This document shows positions 37,946 to 49,824 of a stretch of DNA of 64,000 nt, piece after piece. The translations under genes were made by a program, and so were the position numbers. The notes under the pieces are model-generated. The model was not told the origin of the DNA. It did no database searches and saw nothing but the letters and a program-made list of their open reading frames with translations. Source of the stretch: Felis catus (taxonomy: Eukaryota); NCBI RefSeq assembly GCF_018350175.1, contig NC_058368.1:71984001-72048000 (forward strand), read 5' to 3'. Position 1 is the first letter of the stretch. Each line of letters opens with the position of its first letter.

Positions 37946-40900
37946 ACTGCCCAGACCACATGGCTTACGAATAACTCTTAGAGCCAGAATTTGAATCTAG
38001 GTTTGTCTGACCCCCAAACTCATAGTAACACTGTTTTGTAACTTGTCTCTCAGTGGGGAAAACAAATGTGTTGCAGAGAACTTTATAGTTAACAATGAGC
38101 ATTCTCATTTATCATATTGTTTGGCCTCATAAGAAACTCCAAATGGGGCACTGTTATTCCTTTCTGTGAATGATGAGACTGGGGATTAAGAATGCCTATT
38201 TGTTCAAGACACTATAGCCAGAAAATAGCAAATTAAGGACTGAAGAATAGCTCTCTTGATGCCAAATCCCATACTTTTACCTTTAAATCATCACAATCCC
38301 TTAATTTCTTGTTCAGATCGTTCTCATTATCTAATTGAGAAACAAATTTACTGGGGCAGAATAAAGACACTAGAAGAGCACTTCCAGATTGGATGCAATG
38401 TTTGAATGATACAGTGGTTCTTGTGCAGAAAAATGGGCCCACCTGTTAGGCTAATTGAAGATGAATTCTACCCAAATGCAGAGAAATGCTCCATTCAAGT
38501 CCTAAAACTTACCGTTCTTAAAGAAGATAGTCGATGAATTCTCAGACATAATGTAGAAAACAGTCAATTCATGAAACAAAAACCTTTTACTGAAATTGCA
38601 AGCCAATCAAGTAATTGTTTGTGAGAAACAACAGGATTTTGGATACATCTCCTTAGTGATTAGGGAGTTGGCCCCTCCACAGAAAAAGCTTAAGAAGAGA
38701 TCATAGAAACATCCTACTGCCAGTGACTATCTTCATTTCATTCCCTTGTTTCTAATGCAGAGAAAACAGTGCAGCTTGAAAGAATGGAGCCACAATTAGA
38801 AAGCTAGGACTCTTTTGGAGGTCAGAAGGATGGTACGTGTTAAGCTTTTCCTGGCAGGGTCAACTAGGACGCAAGCCTACAGAGTATCTCTTTGCTGAGC
38901 CCCCATACACTTTAATCATTTTTTTCATCTCCTCTTGGGGCAAAATTTGTATCTAGTGAGAAACTATCCTTACACTGCCAGCTCAGAAGTTATTTTATGT
39001 TAAAGAATGGCCGATCATTTGTTCAAAAAAAAAAAAAAAAAAAAAGAGCTAGAAATTCAATTGTATCCTGGGCCGGTTTCCTTGTCATCATTTACAGATG
39101 CAAAGAGCTTTGTTATAATCTGGGATTCAGTCTATGATTTAAACAAATTATGAAAAGAATTAGGCCTCAGTCAGGTCAATTTTATTAAAAGCCTTCAGAT
39201 CTTGGAGGATCAATGAATGTAAGAGATAGGTTAACCCCAAGGGCTTCTGGTTGGTGAATAAACACATCAAAGGGAAATCACATTGTTCCCTTGGCCAACT
39301 TCTGACATTGCTCTATTCAGTTGATTTCAAGAGATGTGGAATGATAAACATGAACAGGTTACAAACATGGAACTCTTTCATTATATCCATTTAGCTGGGA
39401 GTTTTATCCCTTTGTTTTTCATGAGGTGGGTTATTTTAATAGTAAATGCTGATATCAACAGTCAATATTGAATCTGTAATCTCCAATACAGTCTTTCCTA
39501 AGAGGATATTTCTAACATATTTGATAGAAAGCACTATCTGTCTATGATTTACATAGACCACTGTGGTCTCATGGGAGAAAAGGTGGATATAAGGAAGAGC
39601 TGGTAAGTCATTTTGGGCTCTTTATGTTGGTATGAGAGCATTTGGTCTTTTCCAACCTTTTTTTTTTTTTTTTTTTTTTTGGAGGGAGAATTGGTTGTGA
39701 GAACAATGTGGATACTGATGGAGAAAATACAAGGTGGGCCAGAGTGGTGAGTATCTATGTGACAAATGGTGGTGGAGATATCATTATTTGAGAATGTGCA
39801 TATTCATGCTTAGTAGTGGATATGCAAAGATAATTGAGACGTGGTCCCCTCCATCAATAATACAATACTGATGAATTAACATTCTGGAATCAATATTCTA
39901 GATTTGGTCATTTAGGGAAGGCCATATGTACCTCCAGCGCAGTCATTTAAACAAACGCACAAAGTGGGCCTTCTCTCTAGGATACTTCTGATGAAATTGC
40001 TTCTGAAGGTTGCAAATTGGTGCTCAAGACCCTGCTTAAAAAACAGTTTCGGACATTCATTCAGGAAATCAAATGCAAAAACTGTCACATTTATTTGGGT
40101 TTTATTTATAGCAGGGAGAAGAACTAATAAACTGACATAGCATTTGTTCCAAATCTAAACCTGATGTCCCATTTGGGGAAGATCTGCGTCAACTCCACTA
40201 TGATAAATCAGCAAAAACAGAGACAAACAAAAAACCAGCCCAGATACCAGCAGTGGCCCGTGAACCAGTGGCCAGTCAATATAAGAATCAGCTGGCTCTT
40301 CCTCTTCCTGGATCCGCCTTCCCCTTTCCAACCAGGGGTTTTTTGGTTTCAATCTCCTGAGTCAATTGCTTTGGGGGAGGGGAGGTCTTTAAATTGCATT
40401 CTATGTCACTCATTTCCCTTTCATATAGATTTTTCTCTTCTCTCCCTTCCAGGCCATTGATTTTCTTCCTTCGGTTTCTGAGAAAGCTTTGCTCCCTAGG
40501 CATCTTTATCCGGCTTGCTGACCGAAGCATTATTCACACTTCTCCTGTGGCCATGAGGGTGAGACAGCTGCTGCTAGGGACTCCAGGCTCCTACCTCTGA
40601 AGGACAGTGGACTAAATTTCTGACAGGGGCCATGAGACACCTTTGAGGGAAAGAGATGTAAGAGCTCTGATCTCTGAGGACATAAAGGCTCTCACAGGTG
40701 CTTGCTTTAGTTATCACTGCCTTTTAGATGGCATTTTCCATCTAAATTCTTCATCATTCTTCGCAGACTGGGAATGGGCTCGGAGGGGAAGTCGTGCCCC
40801 CTTGTGAAGTGTACTAAGGGGTCTTCAGAAGGTCCCACCATGGCCTCCCACACAGCAAATGCATTACCTCTGTCTGTGAAGAATGGAAATGTTATGAATA

Positions 40901-41133
40901 TCGTAACATGAGGGTGAGGGTGATCTCTGAAATCCATTGTAAGCATGGAACTCAATGGCCATTATCAGAGATAACAATCGTTGACATTATTCATATGTGC
41001 TTTACGGGCCATAAAACACACTTGGCAACACATCTCATTGGATTCTCACACTCTCGATGAGAGGTAGGGAAGGCATGTATCATTCTAATCTCATTTTACA
41101 GAAGGGAAAAAAGAGGCCCCGGGAGTGAAGCAA

Positions 41134-41660
41134 TGCTATGCTCCTGGAAAATAAGGGTGCTCTAGGAACCTCACCCTCTTGTATTCTAACAGCTGACTGA
41201 AAAGAGCCATCTTTCCCCTGTGACTTACACATGACTCACGGGTGTCTCCTTGTTTCCCTGTGAAGGGGCCAGACACAGACCCTCCAGATCCCTGCCTCAT
41301 AAGGGATTAGGTATTTGACCAGTTGAGACAAAATACCTGCTAACTTGACTTGGTCACACTCTTACAGATTTCTCTCCTTCCTGGTTTAACCTTTGAACTT
41401 TGATCTCCTGACGTTGAGTCAGCATCAGGGTGTGGACCAGCTGCTCTCTGAGAGGGGGCTGATTTCAGGGAAAGACATTTCCTGATTAGCTATCTGATCA
41501 AGCCATCCATTCATACCACTCCCTACTCCTGGTTCTTCTAGACCAGCTTACTCCCCCCAGGAAAGAAAATTCCTTTTTGCCCAACCTTTGAGAGGATCTT
41601 AGGTCAGAGTGTTGCAACAGTCTTTTCGAGTGAAGTCCCCCTTCATCTAAGTCTTTGTAT
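41134..41660 (+). mobile_element. ERV1 LTR (MER31/MER67-like)
   Basis: gaacctcaccctc...ccctgtgactta...ccagacacagaccctccag; U5-like end; family named from memory. Confidence 0.5.
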
Positions 41661-41994
41661 GTGATGTGGCACAGGCTAAGGATCAGAGAAAGCTTCCTGC
41701 CACCCAGTCTTGGTCACCCTCATGGTCTGACTGTTGCACCTGCCAGGGTGGGTGGTTGAATTGTGGCCCTGACACTGGGCCCTGCCTATTCCAAACTTGG
41801 TTCCCATGGCTCACTTGGGGGTCTTGCAGCATGGTGCCCTGAAAAAGTCTCTGGAATACAGCTCTTTCATGAGAACCGAGGAGCAATCTCAAAGGACATG
41901 GGTGCTCCAGGGAAGACTTATGCTGCTGTGTTTATATGGGTGTCTTACGTGAACCTGAGAATAAGTTGTCTGTGTCCCATTAAGAAGTGAGTGA

Positions 41995-42218
41995 GGGGCG
42001 CCTGGGTGGCGCAGTTGGTTAAGCGTCCGACTTCAGCCAGGTCACGATCTCGTGGTCTGGGAGTTCGAGCCCCGCGTCGGGCTCTGGGCTGATGGCTCAG
42101 AGCCTGGAGCCTGTTTCCGATTCTGTGTCTCCCTCTCTCTCTGCCCCTCCCCCGTTCATGCTCTGTCTCTCTCTGTCCCAAAAATAAATAAACGTTGGAA
42201 AAAAAAAAAAAAAAAAAA
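41995..42218 (+). mobile_element. Young feline SINE (SINEC_Fc type) with a pure poly(A) tail
   Basis: TSD aagaagtgagt at 41982 and 42219; CpG-rich; ~22-nt A tail. Confidence 0.95.
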
Positions 42219-44116
42219 AAGAAGTGAGTTAAAGGGAGGAATGGACAGGAATTTGGGATGGAAAAATGAGACATCTTTCCAGTGGTTATGTTTTGTTTGA
42301 GATGAATACCAGGGATGTCAGGCATTCTTATTTGGAGATGGGTTTAAAAACAATCCAAAGCAACACTGTTCTGTTCAGCTCAAAGAGCAGTGCTGGAACC
42401 ACGTGTGCATCAACATGCCGTTTAGAGATGCCGGAGGTACAGAGATGGACAGACCATCCTTGCCCTCAAAGGCTTTATGGTCTCGTGGAGGATTCATACA
42501 TGGCCCGGACTGGAGAAGCAAATGCATAATTACCCGCAACCTGGGCTTTGGTACTTGGTACTTGGTACTTTTTGGTACTTGGCTAATGGTCTCATAACTG
42601 TGTAGCTTGTTGGCCCGCTTTTTTTTTTTCCATGACACCAGCTATAGTGGAAGGACTTCATGTAGAAATTCTGAATTTTATTATTGTATCACTTTATAAT
42701 GAGGATAATCTGTGGGCTTTGCAGCCAGTAGTTCTTTAGCTTGTTGATTCATGTGTGTGGCTACAGGTCACCACCTGTCCTGTACTCTCAAGTTTGCTCT
42801 GGAGAAAGCTTCTCTATGAGCCACCTGCAACATTACCTGCTTTTGTGGCTGGATTCCTTAAAATTCAATATATTCTGAAGGATGTGATCAATAAGCAGAT
42901 GGTTCAAGCCCATACACATGCCAAGAAATGAGGCATCTAATTAGCGGTTAGACCAGGGTGTGAGGCAGTTGCAGAAGGGGGGGTAGAACCCCTGCCTGGG
43001 CTGGGAGACCCCTGGATAAGACAATCAGGGCTGGTGGTGTGACATGTCAACACAAGGTAGTTGTTGGAAGTGAGAACACAGCCTGGACCTTCAGGCTGTG
43101 CTCATTAGGGCTTCGCAGAATTCCCAATTATCTTTTGACCTGGCCCTGAGCTAGGCCCCTTTTCATTGCCCTGAAAAAGGAGTCAATGGATCAAAAAGAA
43201 CACCCAATTTGAAATTCTACATTGGTTTGGCTCTGAAGCTAAGTTGGTAGAACACAGAAAAGGGGCATTGTCTGCAGCCAGCGACGGTAGTAGCAGGAGG
43301 AGGAGAAGCAAGATGGAGGCAGAGGCAGGTGTCCGCAGTGGGGCAGTTTGGGGCCCTGCACAAAGGTAGGGAAGAGACAGTTTGGGGGAAGAAGCCAACA
43401 TACCCCCTGTGATGAATCTCTGAGGGATAGATATTTCAGTTAATCTATGAGTCCCACTGAACATGTCAAGAGAGTGATGACTCCTTTCCATTCCCACCCC
43501 CTTGTCTCTTGGCTGAGACAGTAACAGATAAGGACTTTTCTCTCCTCTGCACCTGGGAGAACCCACTGCTGAGTGTCGCCTGGCACCAGAGGAGAGAGCT
43601 GAGCTCACTGTGAGCCTCCTGTGACAGGTGGAATATAGTACTCCCCTGTTGCCAGCCTGATGTTCCCTAGTTGACTTTTTTGTTGTGTTTCCAGTGTTTT
43701 CCCAGGTAGAGCCTACATGATGTTTCTAACATGAAATGCAGACTCTGAAAGAGAAGAAAGTATCTGGAGTCTGGTCTATCCTATGACAACTGTCCTAAGG
43801 CTCCAATTAAGACAGAGAAGGTTAAGACTGTACCTGTGGGAAGGGATGTATCTCTCAAGTCCATTGACACAGCCTTGTGAACTAGGGTGAGCACCTTGAC
43901 AACAAATAAACATATTAAAAACAATGTCAGTGCAACTTTTCTCTTTCTCAATCTGCTTTCCTTTTTTCCTTGTCATGCAAGAAGCTGAGAGAATAAAATC
44001 AACATTCTTTGGTTCTTGGGCTGGGGAAAAAAGACAATTGGTTGGATTCTGGAGGCACACAAGTGACTATATCTAAGGTTGTACTAACCAACTACAGGTA
44101 ATAAAATTATATTCAT

Positions 44117-44572
44117 TATGATGGTTAAATTTATGTGTGTTGACTTGGCAAGGCTATAGTGCCCAGTTGTTTGGTCAAACACTAGATATTGCCATGAAGG
44201 CATTTTTTTTAGATGTGATTCACACTTAAATCATCTTTGAGGAAAGCTGATTACCCTCTATAATGTGAGTGAGCCTCATCCAATCAACTGAAGGCAAGAG
44301 TGAAGACTCAGGTTTCCAGAAGAAGGAATTCTGCCTCAAGACTATAAACATAGAAATCTTGCCTGAGTTTCTCGTTTGTAGATTTTGGAATCAACATTAT
44401 GACATCAACTCTTGCTTGAATTTCTAGTTGCTGGCCTGCCATTTGGATTTTGGACTTGTCATCAACCCCACATAATCCCATGAGCCAGTTCCTTAAACTA
44501 AATCCCCCCCCCCCCCGCCCCTCTATATATATCCTATTGTCTCTATTTCTCTGGCGAACTCTGACTAATACA
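44117..44572 (+). mobile_element. MLT2-type ERVL LTR
   Basis: gatggttaaatttatgtg...gattaccctctataatgtg...gcctcatccaatca...gaactctgactaataca. Confidence 0.8.
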
Positions 44573-45644
44573 CTCATTCTGTCTATTCCAGATGAAGTGC
44601 TCTCGCTGGCCAGACCCATTGGCTAACATTCTACTCTAGTTGCCTGCAAACATGAGATAGTATGTTCTATTTCCAAGAATGGAGTAATAGAGACTACTTT
44701 TCCCCCTCCACCTCCCTGTTCCCCTATCTTCTGTCCTTATTTTAATCTTTCCAACCTCCTCTTATGCTCCAAGAATGTTACCTACATTATACTGTTATCT
44801 CTATAAAATTAAATAAAGAATGCCTAAGAATATGCAGATAGTTCAAATCAAAAAGCTACCTTTCTTGGCCGTAATTTATGGGTACAATTCCCTTCCTTGA
44901 GATCTTTACTAAAGACTTTTCTGGAAAATGTTACCCTACTATTCCTGACAGCTCTTGGCCAAGTTGCTGATTTATTATTCTAGGTGGTTTTGACATGGCT
45001 TAGAATGTAAAAGTACCATCTTTTAATATGTGCTTATTTGCAGAGGACCCACAGGTCTTAGCCCATTTCTATACCTACAGTTGGGTTTGCTCTCATTTAA
45101 ATGCTAAACATCTCAGTGGCAGTCAGGCATTGGGAACACTGTAAGGGATGATGTATCAAAACAAGGGGTTCCACTTAGTGTGATTTTGGGGTCACTATCC
45201 ACATCATAGAGGAAATGGAGTGACATACCCATTTGTGGAAGGAACACAATGAAGCTATATAATTCCTCTTATAGGTTGGTTGGTTCTGTAACCAAGCCTT
45301 AAAATTGACATTGACATTGAATCACTGCCCATGAAAGGAGAATGAAACACCACTTAAAATCTCCCTCTAACAAACCATCCATGTCTTAATTCAATGGCCA
45401 GTGATGCCAGCCCTTTAAATGTTCAAATGGGATTCTGATAGTTACTAGGCATACTACAGGGAGATGTTTAAATTAAATGAGTGGCGTACAGCATTGGGGA
45501 AAATATAAAATATTAAATGTAAACCAAGTATATGGATCAAATACAGAAAGCAAGCAGATATGAAAGAATAAGTGTAGCATTGGAATTGTTTTGCTATTTC
45601 AGTTTGGTCATTTAGCTTTTGGGATCAGATAACAGGATATATTA

Positions 45645-46180
45645 ATTTTTTTTTACATTTTAATTTTTGATGAAATGCATATGACATGACATTTTCTGTT
45701 TTAACCATTTTTAAGTGTATACTTTAATAGTGTTAAGTATATCCACATTGTTGTGTAAACAATCTCCAGAACTTTTGCATCTTGCAAAACTGACACTTTA
45801 TACCCATTGCACTACAATTTCTCTCCCTCAGTCCCTGGCAACCACCATTCTACTTTCTGTTTCTTTGAGTTTTACTACTTTTGATACCTCATATAAGTGG
45901 AATCTTACAGTATTTGTCTTTTTGTGACTGGTTTATTTCACTTAGCATGGTGTCCTCAGGGTTCATCATATTGTCACCTATATCAGAATTTCCTTCCTTT
46001 TTAACACTGAGTAATATTCAATTGTATGCATGTACATTTTTTTCATCCATCCATCCATTGATGGATATCTGGGTGCTTTCACTCTTGGCTATTGTGAATA
46101 ATGCTGCCATAAACTTTCTCCATATCCTCCTTTTTATTTTCTGTTTTGTTTGTTTGGATAGCAGCCATTCTAATGAGTGT
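45645..46180 (-). mobile_element. Old L1MB-like 3' end
   Basis: ttaaccatttttaagtgtata...catcttgcaaaactg...ttttgtgactggtttatttcacttagcat. Confidence 0.8.
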
Positions 46181-46529
46181 GAACTCAAAACACACTTTTT
46201 AGAGGTAGTGGTATGGGAGTGATATTACACTGAAGTGAGTTGCTGAGCTGGGATGATTGGAGACGTTTTCTAGCTGTGAGCTTCCAGGCTGCAAACTAGG
46301 ATTTAAGGTGTCAGTGTTTTTTGTGCCTGTGTCCTTCCTTCCACAAACTGATTCATAAAAGTGGACCTTCCTGAAACTCTAGAAACAAATCTTGTGTGTT
46401 TCTGCACTTCTGGAAGGGAGAATACTCAGAGTTGAGTGTCCTGGTTAGGGTTCAGGCAGATTCAGGGCTCAACATTGCTGTTCCATGAAAGGCTCTTCTA
46501 CTGTGCCCCAGTACCAGGGAGACAGACTC

Positions 46530-46901
46530 TGTTGTGGATTGGATTGTGTCCTTTTAAAATTCATATGCTGAAGTCCTAACTCCTAGTACCCAAAAACAAG
46601 ACTGTATTTGGAGGTAGGACCTTTAAATGGGGGATTAAGGTAAAATGTGGTCATATGGATGCACCCTGACCCAGTAAGACTGGTGTTCTTATAATAAGAG
46701 ATTAGGACACAGGCACACACAGTAGGAAGATATCGGGAAGACACAGGAAGAAGACTGCCATCTACAAGCCAAGGAGAGAAGCCAATCTTTGCTGATGCCT
46801 TGACATTGGACTTCCAGCCTCCAGAACTCAGAGAACATAAATTTTAACTATTTAAGCCCCCAGCCTGTGGTATGTTATGGCAGCTCCAGCAGACTCACAC
46901 A
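46530..46901 (+). mobile_element. MLT1B-like MaLR LTR
   Basis: tgttgtggattggattgtgtcc...tacaagccaaggagaga...ggacttccagcctccagaac. Confidence 0.8.
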
Positions 46902-47070
46902 GACCCTCAGACTTCCTCTCTTTACCTCCTTAGGTTGTCTCATCCAGTTCAGGAATTTAAATACCATCTCTATGCTGATGCTTCTGGATGTGAATCCCTC
47001 TCTGTTGACCCTCAGGTTTGTCTATTCAACCACTGAATCTACGTGTTCCCCTTGGAAGCCTAAAAGACAT

Positions 47071-47139
47071 CTTTTTTTTTTTAAACATTTATTTATTTTT
47101 GAGAGAAAGAGAGAGAGACAGCATGAGTGGGGGAGGGGC

Positions 47140-47172
<33 letters not shown>

Positions 47173-47304
47173 AAGAATCCAAAGCAGGCTCCAGACTCTG
47201 AGCTGTGAGCACAGAACCCGACACAGGACTCAAACTCACGAATGGTGAGATCATGACCTGAGCCGACATCAGATACTCAATTGACTGAGCTACCCAGGCA
47301 CCCC
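47071..47304 (-). mobile_element. Feline Can-SINE
   Basis: Poly-T, (GA)n, gaatccaaagcaggctcc...cccaggcacccc. Confidence 0.92.
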
Positions 47305-47781
47305 GAGACATGTAATTGGTATATCAAACAAGCCCAGTGCAGGCCATAGTTAAAGCAGATGTCAATTTTAGTTTTCTACCATCCCTTTAAAATTTATTCA
47401 GCCACCTTCCCTTGGTCCTAAATATAAACTCCAGCACCTTGCAACTTCTCTGGTCATCCTTATGTATTAGAAATGTTCAGTGGTCACCTTACATAGCAGT
47501 ACAGTCTTGAATCAGAAATTAGAATGGTCCAATTTGAGCTTGATCTAATATCAGGTCTTTTCTCTTCCACAGACTCAGGCCTGCTTCAAGCTGGAACCTG
47601 AAGTGGTAGACAGAAAAAAGGCTGGCCCGACAACTGGCCAACTGAGGATTCTGGTAGGGAGGTCAGACAGCTAGTTAATGATTTAGATTATGATGCACAT
47701 GTGCTCAGAGTAAGCCCACATGGCAGATTTCATGAACCTGTTAGGTAAATTAAGTGAATAAATTCACATCTCCTGCCTTTT

Positions 47782-47915
47782 AAATTTTATTTACTTATTT
47801 TTATTAAGTAGGCCCCATGCCCAATGAGGGGCTTGAACTCACAACCCTGAGATCAAAACCTGAGCTGAGATCAAGAGTTGGATGCTTAACTGACTGAGCC
47901 ACCCAGGCACCCTTC
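47782..47915 (-). mobile_element. Short/older Can-SINE
   Basis: gggcttgaactcacaaccctgagatc...gatgcttaactgactgagccacccaggcacc; TSD tcctgcctttt at 47771 and 47921. Confidence 0.8.
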
Positions 47916-48139
47916 TTTTTTCCTGCCTTTTGGAAAAGTGAGAAGCTAAATTTGGGCTCAGGCAGGGTATGAAACTCATCGGAAACTACACAAGGAATAA
48001 CCAGTAGATCCAGGACTTGACATGTATGTCAAACTACAAACTCAGAATCTTTGATCTGTACTAGTGTTTTTCCAATTAGGTTCTCCTTGGAGCACTGGGA
48101 TGGTCGAGGGCACCTTTGGGACTGGATTGGGTTTGGGGG

Positions 48140-48613
48140 TGTATTAGTTTTCTAGGGCTACTGTAACAAAATACTACAAACTGGGTGGCTTACAATATTT
48201 ATCACCTCACAGTTCCGGTTTGGAGGCTAGAAGTCCAAAATCAAGGTGTTGGTGGGGCCATGCTCCCTCTAATGCCTCTAGGGGAGTATCCTTTCTTGCC
48301 TTTTGCAGTTTCTTGTAGCCCTAGATGTTCCTTGGCTTGTGGCCACATCACTCCAACCTCTGCCCCTGTCTTCACATGGCCATCTTCCCTCTGTGTTGTG
48401 TCTTCACATGGCATTCTCCTCCCTGTGTGACTCTCTCCTCTTATAAGGACACCAGTCATATTGGATTCCGGGTCTGCCCTCCTCTAGTATTACCTCTCCT
48501 TAACTAATTACATCTGCAAAGATTCTTCCCCCAAAGGGTCACATTCACAGGGGCCAGTTGTTGGGATTTCAGTGTATCTTTTTTGGGGGGGAGGCACAAT
48601 TCAATCACTATCA
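48140..48613 (-). mobile_element. MLT1C/D-like MaLR LTR
   Basis: tgtattagttttctagggctactgtaacaaaatactacaaactgggtggctt...cacaattcaa. Confidence 0.8.
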
Positions 48614-49824
48614 GGGGATGAGAAGAGACCATGTGAGTGGGGTTCTCATCTTCACCCCAATTTCAACTAGGGATGTTTGGCTTTTGCCTGGTTAATATTT
48701 CAGGCATTTTTGAAGGACTCTGAGAAAGAGTGCCACTGCCAAGCAGTCTATTGAAAGCCACCTATCTATAGTATGCCACTTTCTACAAAGAAGCAGGCAA
48801 ACATGTCAATCAACTGGCTTTGAAAATGCTTTTGCTTAAGGCTTTCTAACTGGTTTTTCTTCTACATTCCCTTATCTTATTCAGCTTGGACAGGACACAA
48901 ATGGCCAGTCGCTGAAGATGGGTGTTACTCTCAAGCTACCACTGAGAATAGAGTGAATAGCACTGGTCTGGCCATTCTCTCCCTCCCTGCTCCCTTTGAG
49001 TCCCCTTGAATTGCCATATGTGCAATGCATGTGTGGTCTGTTCCCCTTGGGGGCTCTGTGTCAACTATTTTGCCCCTTATGCTTTCTGGTGTGCTTGGAA
49101 CCAACAGCGTCCTTTAATTAAAGGCAGTGGGTGGCATGATGACAGGATTAGTATCAGTGTCTGGCTCCCTAAGGACCAGGGAACATTGTGGCCGAAGTTT
49201 TCCCATCTGCATAACTGGACTGTTTATATGTTGATGAAAAATCTAAGAGGGGTAGCACTTACCTTCTCGGCTTGCTGTCTGCTCTACTGGCTTCAGGAAA
49301 CAGTAGAGAGGAGTCCCACAGGAACTGCTTGGCTGTCTCACTTAATTGAAAATGTAGGGTGCTATGGCTTTAAATGCATTGCTATTTGGCCCTTTGCTTC
49401 ACTGCAGAATGAACAACAATGATGTTCTGCTCAACACCAGTTAGCAGACGTTGTAGGAAGGGCTCAGCAGTTTTGTGAGAATGAAGCTGTATTACTCAAG
49501 TGTAATGAGCCAAAAAATAAAATCTCGTTTTCATGCAGCATGAGTACAGGCCCATGCCCCAGCCATGGAAGATCCTTTTCTGTTTTATTGTTGGCTTGGA
49601 AGGTATTCACTCAGCCTTATGGACACAAACGTGAAAGGAACATTCTGGCTTAGGAACTGAACTGAAATGAATATCAGGGACAGAGCTTTTGCCAACTAAT
49701 TATAGACAGAATATTCGAATACAGAGTCTGCAAAGTGCCTGCTTCCTAATGATCCCACCCCAAACCCCCTTCCCTCCTTCCACACACGAGGAAGGGTTTG
49801 GAAATGATCATCAACGCAGAGTAA

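Noticed and set aside
41995..42075. tRNA-like A/B box sequence
   Set aside because: It is the tRNA-derived head of a Can-SINE, not a tRNA gene.
42549..42582. (TTGGTAC)n short tandem repeat
   Set aside because: Ordinary slippage repeat in intergenic DNA with no sign of function.
43270..43370. GC-rich leader plus Kozak-like AAGATGGAGG suggesting a processed pseudogene 5' end
   Set aside because: Frame closes after 18 codons (MEAEAGVRSGAVWGPAQR*); no poly(A)/TSD and no recognisable protein.
1..49800. Many 60-160 aa ORFs in the ORF track
   Set aside because: They overlap SINEs, LTRs, L1 or simple repeats, or are chance ORFs; none has recognisable protein similarity or a consistent splice structure.
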